The position numbers and the translations under genes are program-made. The notes under the pieces are model-generated. The model ran no database searches. It had not been told where the DNA came from and saw nothing but the letters and a program-made list of their open reading frames with translations. Shown piece after piece: positions 1 to 9,053 of a stretch of DNA of 64,000 nt (the stretch's first letter is position 1; every line of letters starts with the position of its first letter). Source of the DNA: an uncultured Acidobacteriota bacterium (GTDB lineage Bacteria > Acidobacteriota > Vicinamibacteria > Vicinamibacterales > 2-12-FULL-66-21). The stretch is from the NCBI GenBank assembly GCA_963847125.1, contig CAWJYM010000009.1, positions 82,658 through 146,657 of the forward strand, written 5' to 3'.

Positions 1-529
1 CGGCGTCAGCGAAGGGCTTCGGCACCTGCGTCTGGTCCCAGCTCCGCGCGGTCCAATGGCGCGATGTCTCGACGTGGAATGGGAGGATCGGATTGCCGGT
101 CGCCCCCGCGAGCCACACCGCGCCCGGCTGCGCGATCTTTGCCGGACCGCGGGGCCCGTCCAGCGTGAATCCGGCCGGCTTCCCCGCCTGCATGTCGCGT
201 ACGAGCTGCAGCAGCGCCCGTTTCCCGCCGCGCGACGTGGACCCGCGCGCCGTCCCGTACCCGAACCGCTTGATGATCTGGGCGATCCACTCGCCATCGA
301 AGTTCTCGCTCGTGATGACGACGATGCCGCGGCGGCGGAAGAAGTAGGTGGCGGGAAGAATTCGGCCGTGCCAGAAGGCGAAGATCGGCTGGCGGCCGGA
401 GGCGGCGACGGCATCCAGGTGCTCGCGCCCTTCGACCGTCCAGCGGAGCGTCCGGCCGATGAGCGCCACAATCGGATAGCCGACTGTGGCGATCGACGCG
501 GCTTTGAAGCGCTGAGCGAGAGTGAGCAC
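1..529 (-). CDS. DUF374-type lysophospholipid acyltransferase-like protein (3' end lies beyond window start)
   Basis: Absent from the ORF track because it runs off the edge. My own translation from GTG at 529 gives VLTLAQRFKAASIATVGYPIVALIGRTLRWTVEGREHL..FAFWHGRILPATYFF..ITSENFDGEWIAQIIKRFGYGTARGSTSRGG..GFTLDGPRGP. The WHG / DGE / RGS / DGPRGP pattern is what I associate with DUF374. Confidence 0.7.
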   Translation of the reverse strand, partial: MLTLAQRFKAASIATVGYPIVALIGRTLRWTVEGREHLDAVAASGRQPIFAFWHGRILPATYFFRRRGIVVITSENFDGEWIAQIIKRFGYGTARGSTSRGGKRALLQLVRDMQAGKPAGFTLDGPRGPAKIAQPGAVWLAGATGNPILPFHVETSRHWTARSWDQTQVPKPFADA

Positions 530-532
530 AGG

Positions 533-772
533 TCAGGCGTGCGCCGTCGAGCTCCCGGCCCGGCGCAGCACCCGGAGCGTGACCCAGGCTATGAGCGCGA
601 GCGCGCCGATGTCCCAGGCACACAGCTTTGCCACGCGATAGTACGGCATGTACTCCCACAGGCCGTACCGGTCGACGACCGTCTCTTCGAACAGCACCCA
701 CGTGTTGAAGAAGGTCACGATGACGGCCGCCTTCACGATCCCTGGCACGTCGCGGGGGAATACTTCGCGCAT
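533..772 (-). CDS. small hydrophobic protein, unknown function
   Basis: Real-looking C-terminal part of ORF 533..1081, from ATG 772 (MREVFPRDVPGIVKAAVIVTFFNTWVLFEET..DIGALALIAWVTLRVL). Two hydrophobic segments. The upstream part of that ORF is Arg/Ser junk. Confidence 0.5.
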   Translation of the reverse strand: MREVFPRDVPGIVKAAVIVTFFNTWVLFEETVVDRYGLWEYMPYYRVAKLCAWDIGALALIAWVTLRVLRRAGSSTAHA

Positions 773-821
773 CAGCGTGCTCCTTCGAGCGAGGGACGGT
801 CCGTCGCCCCGGTCACATGAT

Positions 822-851
822 CGCACAACGAACTCGGTCCGGACCGGCCTA
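822..851. repeat. truncated copy of the CTCGGTCCGGACCGAG element
   Basis: cgcacaacgaaCTCGGTCCGGACCGgcctag. It abuts the stop codon (849-851) of gene 849..1085. Confidence 0.7.
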
Positions 852-1085
852 GCGCCGCTGCCACCGGATGTCCACGCCGTCGCTCGACCCAAGCGCGCTG
901 CGAAGCAGCCCCAGGAGATGGTCGGTGGCCCGGCCGTCGCCCAGCAAGTCGATCGTCTCCGCGTCGATGTAGTAGTCCTGATCCTTGGTGGACTCTTCTT
1001 CAAGTCGCTCGATGAGCAGCTGCAGCTCGGCCTCTGTGATGGTGCCGATGAGTTGGTTCGTCGACGCGTTGTAGAGATCAATCAT
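849..1085 (-). CDS. small acidic hypothetical protein
   Basis: ATG at 1085 (MIDLYNASTNQLIGTITEAELQLLIERLEEESTKDQDYYIDAETIDLL...). Non-repetitive, protein-like composition. Confidence 0.6.
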   Translation of the reverse strand: MIDLYNASTNQLIGTITEAELQLLIERLEEESTKDQDYYIDAETIDLLGDGRATDHLLGLLRSALGSSDGVDIRWQRR

Positions 1086-1143
1086 TTGGACACTCGATGA
1101 AGTTGCCGGGCTGACCCGGTTCACATCAGAGCTTAGCAGGCTT

Positions 1144-1512
1144 TCAGCGCCAGAACGCCCACCAGGGACGCAACTGTCGACCAAGCGCATCGTCGATCAT
1201 GATGAGGATGTAGTGATCGCCTTGGCCGAGTACGGCGTACGCCTGCCGATAGCTGTCTCGTGCGCCAGGGTTCGAAGCCACGTCCCGCCGATACGCGCCG
1301 CGTAGCAAGCCGACGACCTTGGCTTCATAGGCTTCGTCTGAGATCTCCGTGGCCAGCTGCTCGTCCAGCGCCGGATCGGCCGTGAAGTCCGGGTCCGATT
1401 CGGACCAACTCAGCATCCGTTTCTCCGCTTCGGACAGCCGGATCCCCTCGGAACGCGCGTGAGCAAGAACCTTCTCAACGAAGAATCGCTTGGCCTCGCG
1501 TTCAGTCTGCAA
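1144..1512 (-). CDS. hypothetical protein
   Basis: ORF 1144..1620. The start is uncertain. TTG at 1512 avoids overlap with the upstream M23 gene, which stops at 1545. The sequence is protein-like (EREAKRFFVEKVLAHARSEGIRLSEAEKRMLSWSESDPDF...). Confidence 0.5.
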   Translation of the reverse strand: MQTEREAKRFFVEKVLAHARSEGIRLSEAEKRMLSWSESDPDFTADPALDEQLATEISDEAYEAKVVGLLRGAYRRDVASNPGARDSYRQAYAVLGQGDHYILIMIDDALGRQLRPWWAFWR

Positions 1513-1544
1513 TGGTGGCCTTTTTTGGGTAGCGCTACCGGCTG

Positions 1545-2237
1545 TCAAGCGGCATATCGCACGAATTCCCTCTTCTTCGGCATCCCCGCGGTCACCCTCG
1601 ACCACGCGCCGTCCCGCCACGCCTCGTAGTCACGAAAGGCGCACGGCAGGCCGACGGCGTTGAGGAGCTCCGGCCTGTCCATCAACTGAAAATGCAGGTG
1701 CGGCGCCGTCGAGTTGCCCGAGTGCCCGACGTCCGCCAGATGCTCGCCAGCCGGAACGTCGGCCCCTTCCCTGACTCGAACCGATCCGGTGCGGGCATGG
1801 GCGATGAGCGCGTACACGTCCTTCGCTGCCATCTTGAGCACGACGTGGTTGCCGAGCACCATACGAAGGGCGTTGGCCCTCTTCGGATTGAATGTCAGGG
1901 CATTCTTGAGGACAACCCCGAGGTCCCTCACGAAATGAACAGGATTTCTCTCCGGCCACCTGTCGCTTGCCGCAACCACCGACGCGTCGAACGGCGAGTG
2001 GATCGGCGCTCCCCACGCGTAGAAGTCGTCGAGCGGTGCACCCAGGACGTGGTAGCGACGCATCGAGGCCCGGCAGAACTTCCAGCCTTCGTGCTCTCTG
2101 TCGATTCGCACGAAGTCGTAGGCGTATCGCTGGCCGAGCTGGTCGGTGCCGTGGCTCGGGACTTTCTCCGCCGGCGTGTGGTACGCGGTCCACTCCCCTC
2201 TCAGGGGGAAGTCGACGACGATCGGCTCAGGTTCCAT
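1545..2237 (-). CDS. M23 family metallopeptidase
   Basis: ORF 1545..2300 trimmed to ATG 2237 (MEPEPIVVDF). C-terminal GHSGNSTAPHLHFQL is the M23 HxH zinc motif. Confidence 0.8.
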   Translation of the reverse strand: MEPEPIVVDFPLRGEWTAYHTPAEKVPSHGTDQLGQRYAYDFVRIDREHEGWKFCRASMRRYHVLGAPLDDFYAWGAPIHSPFDASVVAASDRWPERNPVHFVRDLGVVLKNALTFNPKRANALRMVLGNHVVLKMAAKDVYALIAHARTGSVRVREGADVPAGEHLADVGHSGNSTAPHLHFQLMDRPELLNAVGLPCAFRDYEAWRDGAWSRVTAGMPKKREFVRYAA

Positions 2238-2751
2238 CTCGTACCGGCTGCCCGCACTCTTCGCAGAACCTCGCCGACGGAGACACCGGATGCCCCGCAA
2301 GACATCGTCTCTGAAGGTCGTGTTCTCTCGTACGCAGAGCCGAATAGAACACGGCGAATGCGACTGCGTAGAAAACTATCCAATGTCCCGAGAAACCTCT
2401 CCATATCGCACCAGGCGTCGGGCCAGGCCCAGGCTTTAAGCCGCCAGTGAGATATGCAAAGTACGCGAAGTTGATCATCGCGTACAGAGTCGCACTCCAA
2501 ACGAATCGTCGCATCCAGGCGGGGCAACCTCTGAGGGCTGCACGCCAGAGATCCTTCTGCTTGAACTCCCGAGTAAGGGGTTGTAGTACCAAGATCGCTG
2601 GGAACCACACCACGAATAGGCCGATGTGCAGAATCCACGACCGTTCGCCGAGCGGCGTGGGGACTCCGGCGAGCGATGCTGCGTGCACGATGACGCTGAG
2701 GACGAGCCCCGTTCCAGCGATACCCATGAGGACGTAGAGAATTGGATTCAT
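2227..2751 (-). CDS. multi-TM membrane protein with C-terminal zinc-ribbon
   Basis: 174 aa, about 4 hydrophobic helices. The tail RRCLAGHPVSPSARFCEECGQPV is a CxxH..CxxC ribbon. Confidence 0.7.
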   Translation of the reverse strand: MNPILYVLMGIAGTGLVLSVIVHAASLAGVPTPLGERSWILHIGLFVVWFPAILVLQPLTREFKQKDLWRAALRGCPAWMRRFVWSATLYAMINFAYFAYLTGGLKPGPGPTPGAIWRGFSGHWIVFYAVAFAVFYSALRTREHDLQRRCLAGHPVSPSARFCEECGQPVRDGT

Positions 2752-2853
2752 CGATGACGGCCGGCGCAGTGCGCCGCACCGTCCAGCGGTGTCACGGCGA
2801 GTTCAGCGACAGTGCGATCGCTCTCAAGCCGAGCGCGAGCGGGGCATCGTGCT

Positions 2854-3006
2854 CTACCGCAGCAGCCTCATGACAATGAGGATGAGAATGACGATCAGGA
2901 GCACGTGGATGGCGTTACCGCTGCGTGGGATCCTCGGGATGCGGGCCGGACCGAAGTAGCCAAGCAGCCAAAGCACGAGCAACAGGACGATGAGTAACTC
3001 AAGCAT
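2854..3006 (-). CDS. lmo0937-family small membrane protein
   Basis: ATG 3006: MLELLIVLLLVLWLLGYFGP..AIHVLLIVILILIVMRLLR. This is the typical two-helix, 50-aa family. Confidence 0.65.
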   Translation of the reverse strand: MLELLIVLLLVLWLLGYFGPARIPRIPRSGNAIHVLLIVILILIVMRLLR

Positions 3007-3143
3007 GAGAATCCTCGCTTCGGCCCTATCGACCCGCTCCAAGGGCAACAGACGCGCATCCTAACACGCTCGCACCTCGCGCCGCGCACTACATCGTAGC
3101 CAGGAGTTCTCGCGCGCGCGCTTCGACGCCGGTCCAGGCAAGA

Positions 3144-3914
3144 TCAACGAGGCACCGAACCATACGTTGCGTACAAGCGTAAATCGGCACACAAGAACAG
3201 TGTCTCGCCGCGATCCTCGGCAGAGTCGAGCGCTCTGCAAATTCGCTCGAGGCCTCGCTCGTATTGCTCGTCCGTGAGAACGGCGAGCTGCGAGGTCATG
3301 CCCCTCTCGAGACGTCCTTCCTCGAGCGCCGTCCGGGCTGAAAGCTGGGCGGGCAAGTGCTGTATCTCATCTGTGCGGACATCCACAAACCGGAGTGCGT
3401 GCATCCACTCGCGAATCTGGCTCGACGCGGGATACCGGTGTTTGTCGATCTCGACGACAGGCTCGAAGTACTCGTAGATGTACCAGCGATCGACACCCGT
3501 GTGCGGGTCCAGACCGATCGTCATCAGCTCTCCGCCCGGCCGGAGCACGCGTCGCGCCTCGGCAAGGAACCTGCGCTTGTCCTCGAAGTGATGCAGGGCA
3601 TTGATGCAGAAGACACGTTCGAACGCCGCACTCGCCCAAGGAAGATGTTCGGCTGTCGCGTGCGCAAGCGCCGCCCCGGGCGCCTGGTCGCGCGCGTAGT
3701 CCAGCATGTTGGAGGAGGCGTCAACGCCAGCGACGCGAATACCTCGTTCGGCGAGCCGCCGCAGCCAATGACCGGTGCCGCAGCCGACTTCGAGCACACG
3801 CCCGGCCAGGCCGGGTCGGACGAAGGCCGCCAACGCCTCCTCGACGCCGGAATAGTCGTTGATCGCATATCGCCGATCGTAGTTCGCGGCGATCGAGTCG
3901 TAGTCCACGCTCAC
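3144..3914 (-). CDS. class I SAM-dependent methyltransferase
   Basis: Motif I VLEVGCGTGHW, then a Methyltransf_11-like layout. Confidence 0.85.
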   Translation of the reverse strand: MSVDYDSIAANYDRRYAINDYSGVEEALAAFVRPGLAGRVLEVGCGTGHWLRRLAERGIRVAGVDASSNMLDYARDQAPGAALAHATAEHLPWASAAFERVFCINALHHFEDKRRFLAEARRVLRPGGELMTIGLDPHTGVDRWYIYEYFEPVVEIDKHRYPASSQIREWMHALRFVDVRTDEIQHLPAQLSARTALEEGRLERGMTSQLAVLTDEQYERGLERICRALDSAEDRGETLFLCADLRLYATYGSVPR

Positions 3915-3943
3915 GGATTACTTCACGCGGGGCACGGTCGACG

Positions 3944-4631
3944 TCATCTCGCGTCCCACCATCTCGAGAGACCCTCCCCCGCCTGCCGCGGATGTTGGGC
4001 GTAGTGCGATGTGTCGTTGAAGAGCATGAGGCGCGCTCGCACGGCGTCCCGGAAGTCGAGCACGTTCATGCTGGCTGGCGCCTGATCCAGCCGGTCGCGG
4101 TAGCCACGCGGATCGAATCCGAGCAGACTGCTGAGGACCAGACGGATCGTCGCCTTGTGTGAGACCACCACCACGCGCTGGCCCTTGTGGCGCGTGACAA
4201 TCTCGCGAATCACGGGAAGCGCCCGAGCGAGCACCTCGACGCCGGACTCGCCTCCCTGGGGGGCGAACGTGAAGGGATCTTCCTCCCACGCCGCGTATTC
4301 GTCGGGGTAGCGCTCCTCGACTTCTTTTCGCGTGAGGCCCTCCCAGTGGCCGTGGCCGATCTCACGAAGCCCATCACGTGTTTCGATCGTCACGGCGCAG
4401 GCGCCCGCGACGATGCGCGCGGTCTCGACGGTCCGTGAAAAAGGGCTGCAGTACACGGCTGTCATGCCCTCGTTCCGGAGCCGCTCGCCGAGGCGCGCTG
4501 CCTGCCATCTCCCCTCGTCGGACAGCTCGGCGTCCGCGCCCGGAATAGCGATCCTCTGCCGTGAGCTCGGTGGCGCCGTGGCGCACGAGGTAGACGCGCG
4601 TGGCGGGCGCCTTCATGGAATCGGCCATCAC
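3944..4631 (-). pseudogene. histidine phosphatase (phosphoglycerate mutase family), reading frame broken near 4531-4545
   Basis: The N-terminus with the catalytic RHG (RVYLVRHGATELTAEDRYSG) is in the frame of ORF 4374..4631. The rest (ADAELSDEGRWQAARLGERLRNEGMTAVYCSPFSRTVETA..VVVVSHKATIR) is in the frame of ORF 3944..4465. One extra base in the GC run ccgggcgcgg joins them. Confidence 0.75.
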
Positions 4632-5359
4632 GGCGTCCGCACCGGGCCCAGTTTCTGAACGACCTTGCCGTCCGCGTCGAGGAACTCGATGCTCGCGGCG
4701 CCGTCCGCCTCCACCTTCAGCGCCAGCCGGTTGCGTCCTTCCGCGTCCGACAACATTACGGTTGCCGCGCGGTCGCGGGTCTTCCCGACGAGGATGCGCT
4801 GCGCCGGCTTCGGCGCGGCTGCGCGGGCCTGCGCGATTGCAGCCTCGCGCTTCTCTTTGTCCTGAATCGCGTTCGCAGCGTTCAGTTGATCGACGAGATT
4901 GCTCAGCGGAGCGTCAGGCCTGTCCCAGACCTTGAAGCCGGCGGTCCGCAGGCCGTTCTCCTCCGCATAGTCGAACCCGATCGTCTGGTCCTGGCCCAAC
5001 TGATCGAACATGATGCCGGCGCTGGCCAGACGCTGGCCATCTTTCTCCCGGCCCCGCAGCGTGAGCCCGCCCGCCTCGTCTCCCTGATCGTTGAAGAAGA
5101 TGAGCCCCGCATACGGCCGCTGCCGCTGGATCGTCTTCCCCCCGATGACGCCGGGATGCATGCGCTCCTTGTTCGAGATGACGAGCCTGAGCGTGCCGTC
5201 GGCGTCCACGATGTTGATGCGCTCGGCAGTGATCTCGCCCAGGTTCTGCGGCTTCGCAGGCTGGCGGAACGCGGACGCCGTGAGGACGACGAAGAACAGC
5301 AGCGTCGTGACGACGTAGGCGTGGAGGAGGCGAAGCTGGCGACGAATCGAGCGTGTCAT
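4628..5359 (-). CDS. hypothetical protein with N-terminal membrane anchor/signal
   Basis: 243 aa. N-terminus MTRSIRRQLRLLHAYVVTTLLFFVVLTASAF. Its stop overlaps the start of the phosphatase gene. Confidence 0.7.
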   Translation of the reverse strand: MTRSIRRQLRLLHAYVVTTLLFFVVLTASAFRQPAKPQNLGEITAERINIVDADGTLRLVISNKERMHPGVIGGKTIQRQRPYAGLIFFNDQGDEAGGLTLRGREKDGQRLASAGIMFDQLGQDQTIGFDYAEENGLRTAGFKVWDRPDAPLSNLVDQLNAANAIQDKEKREAAIAQARAAAPKPAQRILVGKTRDRAATVMLSDAEGRNRLALKVEADGAASIEFLDADGKVVQKLGPVRTP

Positions 5360-5398
5360 ACGATCTCCTGGGATGGCGGGACCCGCTCCAACGTGAAG

Positions 5399-5902
5399 TC
5401 ACGTGGCCCACTCACAGAATTCGGCATCCAGGCCCGCAACGTCGCCCGACCGCGAGTCCGGGGATGGAAACGGCGTCCTGAAAGTGAAGGCATAGGCTGA
5501 CGGCCCGCGTTGCTCGAGGTGCTGGAGACGCTCCTGTGCCTCGGCGACAGTCGGGACGTGTCCCACGGGGATCCACCACAGCGCCAGGATGGGGCCCTCG
5601 ATCGGCTCGAACCATTGCTTCCTGTCGCGAAGCGGCCCGACGTGCGCGCTCGCGTACACGAACTGCTGGAGCGCTTCCAGGGACACCCACACGGACATGT
5701 TGATGGCCATGCGCTCGTCCGGGAACGGTCGGATCGCCGTGGCATTGCCTTCTTCAGTCTGGAGCCGCCACACGAATCCCGGACTGCGGTCGGCCAGCGC
5801 ATTGATGGGGTCCAGCTGGGACCGGAAGCCCTCCATCATCGGGTCGTCGAGCGGCGCCCGAAGACGTCCGATGTTCACCTGCGCCAAATGGAAGCGAGTC
5901 AC
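5399..5902 (-). CDS. DUF3291 domain protein
   Basis: GTG 5902 (VTRFHLAQVNIGRLRAPLDDPMMEGF..SPGFVWRLQ..MSVWVSLEAL). This is the pattern I associate with DUF3291. Confidence 0.7.
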   Translation of the reverse strand: MTRFHLAQVNIGRLRAPLDDPMMEGFRSQLDPINALADRSPGFVWRLQTEEGNATAIRPFPDERMAINMSVWVSLEALQQFVYASAHVGPLRDRKQWFEPIEGPILALWWIPVGHVPTVAEAQERLQHLEQRGPSAYAFTFRTPFPSPDSRSGDVAGLDAEFCEWAT

Positions 5903-5955
5903 TCTCCTCTCCTCCTCACGCTGGACGATCCGAATCGCGGCTTCGATGCGACGAG

Positions 5956-6321
5956 CTACTCGGGATCGCGATTCACCGTGTCCATCGAAAAAGCCGGCAC
6001 ACAGACCGCGACGTATTCGGCGCCGCCGTCCTCGGGTGTGCTGTAGCGAATCCACTCGCCCGGCGACGTGACCACCGCCTGACCGGCGCGCACGTCGAGC
6101 GCGCCGCCCTCGAACTCCACGCGCACCGTCCCCCGCAGGACGACGGTAATCTCCTCGAACCGAGGCCGCTGTCCCGGCTCGCGCCAGCCCGCCGGGGACA
6201 CCATCCGTGCGACGCTGAGGGCGCTGTGTCCCGAGTTCACGCGGCCAGCGTACTCTTCGATCCGTTTTGGCGGCTGACCAGCCGCGGCGACGACGGTGGG
6301 GGCATCGATCAAGCGAGGCAT
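5956..6321 (-). CDS. cupin domain protein
   Basis: ATG 6321 (MPRLIDAPTVV...). Beta-barrel-like GWREPGQRPRFEEITVVLRGTVRVEFEGG..GQAVVTSPGEWIRY. Confidence 0.75.
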   Translation of the reverse strand: MPRLIDAPTVVAAAGQPPKRIEEYAGRVNSGHSALSVARMVSPAGWREPGQRPRFEEITVVLRGTVRVEFEGGALDVRAGQAVVTSPGEWIRYSTPEDGGAEYVAVCVPAFSMDTVNRDPE

Positions 6322-6334
6322 GAGTCGCGCTGCT

Positions 6335-6583
6335 TCAGAATGGCTGTCCGGCGAACTCGAACAGCCTGCGGACAATCTCCCAGCGGTGCCCCACTCCGAG
6401 GATGAACAGGCCGAGCAGCGTCATCGATACCACAGAGAGCCAGAACGCTAGTGGCTGGCTCGATCGATCGATTGGTCCATCGTCCGAGTCGTAGAACGTT
6501 CCTCGCGCCACGGCGACGAGCGCGTAGACGATGAACCCGCCTCCGATCACCGTCGCGACACCGCGAAGCAGATCCTGATTCAA
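6335..6583 (-). CDS. small 2-TM membrane protein
   Basis: 82 aa with two clear hydrophobic helices. Confidence 0.6.
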   Translation of the reverse strand: MNQDLLRGVATVIGGGFIVYALVAVARGTFYDSDDGPIDRSSQPLAFWLSVVSMTLLGLFILGVGHRWEIVRRLFEFAGQPF

Positions 6584-6607
6584 GGTGTGACCTGCGGCTG
6601 CGCCTCA

Positions 6608-6979
<372 letters not shown>

Positions 6980-7014
6980 GCTCTGCTCCTATCGCTTGTT
7001 CATCAACTGAGGCC

Positions 7015-7248
7015 CTACGCCTCACCACTGTCTCGTGCATGCGAAACGGTCCAAGCGAACAAGTCCTTGAAGTCTTCGAAGCACGTCGGGCATACCCAGT
7101 GATACTCGTCGAGGGTCGCGTAGCCTTCCTGCAACGTATCAGGAAGCGCCTCGACAGTGAACTTGGCTGAACAAAACTCGCAGTGATCGTGATCCCAATA
7201 GGGGTTTCTTGGCGTAGCGCCGGTACGCGCGACGAACCAACGTCGCAC
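7015..7248 (-). CDS. small Cys/His-rich hypothetical protein
   Basis: GTG start at 7248. YWDHDHCEFCSAKF ... YHWVCPTCFEDF is a CxxC..CxxC zinc-ribbon-like pair. Confidence 0.6.
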   Translation of the reverse strand: MRRWFVARTGATPRNPYWDHDHCEFCSAKFTVEALPDTLQEGYATLDEYHWVCPTCFEDFKDLFAWTVSHARDSGEA

Positions 7249-7318
7249 GTTTCAGGTATCTTTCCTGGCCTTGAAGACGCCGGTCGGCAGGATCTCCCTC
7301 CGTCGGAGCATTGGCTCT

Positions 7319-7728
7319 CCATCCGGTCAGGTTCCCGCCCCCTTGAGCGACAACCGTGCGGCCGTCGGGTGCGTTCGAAGATCCAGCCTTCGAATCCGGA
7401 GGAATTGTTGAAGACTTCCAGCCGAATACCTGCGCCGAAGTCGAGCGACAAGTCAGCGCTGCCCTCGGCAGCCACAGCGGCCACGACGACGTGGTTCTTG
7501 AGAAGGTCGCAGACCGCGGACGCAGCGTCGACCGGCTCGGACAGACCGAATTTCTGGCGGTGATCCTCGCTCCCCACCGCGATGGCCACCACCCTTCACG
7601 AGTCGCCAAGGTGAGGCCACCCGAAGAACGTAACCATCCCCGAAGTCGAAGATCCACTCGTCGGTCCCGTCATCGTGGCGGAGGGACCGGAGCGATCGCG
7701 CCAGGAGCCACGACATCTGAGTGCTCAT
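7319..7728 (-). pseudogene. DUF6188-like gene split over three reading frames
   Basis: Segment 1 (frame of ORF 7453..7728): MSTQMSWLLARSLRSLRHDDGTDEWIFDFGDGYVLRVASPWRLVKGG. Segment 2 (frame of 6309..7592): VAIAVGSEDHRQKFGLSEPVDAASAVCDLL..DLSLDFGAGIRLEVFNNSSGFEGWIFE. Segment 3 (frame of 7139..7657): APDGRTVVAQGGGNLTGW. The 3' end is uncertain. Confidence 0.55.
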
Positions 7729-7747
7729 CTTGCGCCTGAAAGCATGG

Positions 7748-8473
7748 CTATCGGCCGCTCACCCGCGAACGGCGCATCGGCAACTCGGTCCGGACCGAGT
7801 TGGATGTTGGCACAAGATCGGTGCCGCGCGCCGGCGGTCGCCGTCTTCCGCGAACAGATCTCCTGGCGCGTCCGTGGGTCGCAAGCGCGAGCCAGGCAGC
7901 CACCGCTGCCGACTTTTGCTCGACACGCCACGGACCGGTGATTGCACCGCCGAGCGCCGCCACTTTGGCACGTACGTGATGCTCGCGTTGCCGCAGCGCG
8001 TCGGCGGCCAGCGCGTAAAGGTCCCGATCGCGCCAGACCGAACATGACAGGGCGTTGGCGGCGACTCCCTCTTCTACCACGCTGCGAAACAGCCGGCCCT
8101 CGAGCGCATGGATGCGAATGTGCTCATTCGTGATGCGTTCAGGATCGATCAGGCTGCCCGCGACGACGCCGACACCGGTCGGTCGGTACCCGGCAGCCTT
8201 GTAATCCCGGATCAGGCCGACCACTGAGCGCCTTCCAAACCGCCGCACGGAGCGGAGAAGGCGGGTAAGGGCGGGGCCACGGCCTCGCGCGGTTCCGAAG
8301 CCCGCATGGTACGGCTGCCGGGATTCCGGGAGAGCCGGGTCACTCAATTCAATCCTGCGGCTGTCGACCGCACGAGGCGACCCCGGTGGCCCGGTCAGCA
8401 GCACGACGGCCGCCCATCCGGATTTCACGGTGATTCCGAGAGCTGCGCGAGATTGGCTTGTACTGTCGCTCAT
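7748..8473 (-). CDS. hypothetical protein (C-terminal ~45 aa encoded by a repeat element)
   Basis: 241 aa, protein-like up to ..VAAWLALA. The tail (..GTDLVPTSNSVRTELP..) is the translation of the repeat at 7773-7827. Confidence 0.6.
   Translation of the reverse strand: MSDSTSQSRAALGITVKSGWAAVVLLTGPPGSPRAVDSRRIELSDPALPESRQPYHAGFGTARGRGPALTRLLRSVRRFGRRSVVGLIRDYKAAGYRPTGVGVVAGSLIDPERITNEHIRIHALEGRLFRSVVEEGVAANALSCSVWRDRDLYALAADALRQREHHVRAKVAALGGAITGPWRVEQKSAAVAAWLALATHGRARRSVRGRRRPPARGTDLVPTSNSVRTELPMRRSRVSGR
7773..7827. repeat. 55-nt repeat: 16-bp perfect palindrome CTCGGTCCGGACCGAG + GGCAC..GTGCC hairpin (copy A)
   Basis: 40/44 identity to 11485-11528 over the core. Confidence 0.85.
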
Positions 8474-8497
8474 GGCTTCGGTTGAGCGCCCGCCCTT

Positions 8498-8995
8498 CTA
8501 TTGCGCGGCCGTTCCAGCGCGCGCCTCCGTCAAGAAGCAACGGTAGTCGGTCGACGGGGGCTCGTGACCGAGCTGGCGCAGGAGCAGCGTGACCTGCCCT
8601 CGATGATGAGTCGAGTGGTTGAGGGTGTGCTGGACGAGCTCGCCAAGGGTGTAGGTATTGTCGTCCACGGCCCGCGGCGCATCGAGCTCCGCCTGCGTCA
8701 GGCCGCGCAGGTAGGCCGCATACGCCTCCTCGTGGCGAGCCCAGGCGCTCCGGAGGCTCGCGAAATCAGGATACTCGCCCGGGGTCGGGTCGGGCAGAAA
8801 GTCGCCATCCTGCCAGAAGTGCAGCCACCCGCGCTCGCCCCAGAGAATGTGGATCAGCGTGCCATGGAGTGAGCCGAAACTCGCTCGCAGGTCGCGTTCG
8901 CGCTCCTCGACGCCGAGCGTCGCTGCCGCTCGAAGGAGGCGGGTGTTCGCCCAGTGATTGTAGGCGGCCAGCAATCGCAGTTGCTCGACAGTCAC
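8498..8995 (-). CDS. DinB family protein
   Basis: AAYNHWANTRLL .. LHGTLIHILWGERGW .. LNHSTHHRGQV is the DinB four-helix His triad. Confidence 0.85.
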   Translation of the reverse strand: MTVEQLRLLAAYNHWANTRLLRAAATLGVEERERDLRASFGSLHGTLIHILWGERGWLHFWQDGDFLPDPTPGEYPDFASLRSAWARHEEAYAAYLRGLTQAELDAPRAVDDNTYTLGELVQHTLNHSTHHRGQVTLLLRQLGHEPPSTDYRCFLTEARAGTAAQ

Positions 8996-9053
8996 AACCT
9001 AACTCCGTCGCCCGTCGAATGCGCATCGCACCCTCTCGAGCTCTATTCGTCTG

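Noticed and set aside
1255-1275. gggttcgaagcc, resembling a tRNA T-loop.
   Set aside because: It lies inside a coding region with no complementary flanking stem.
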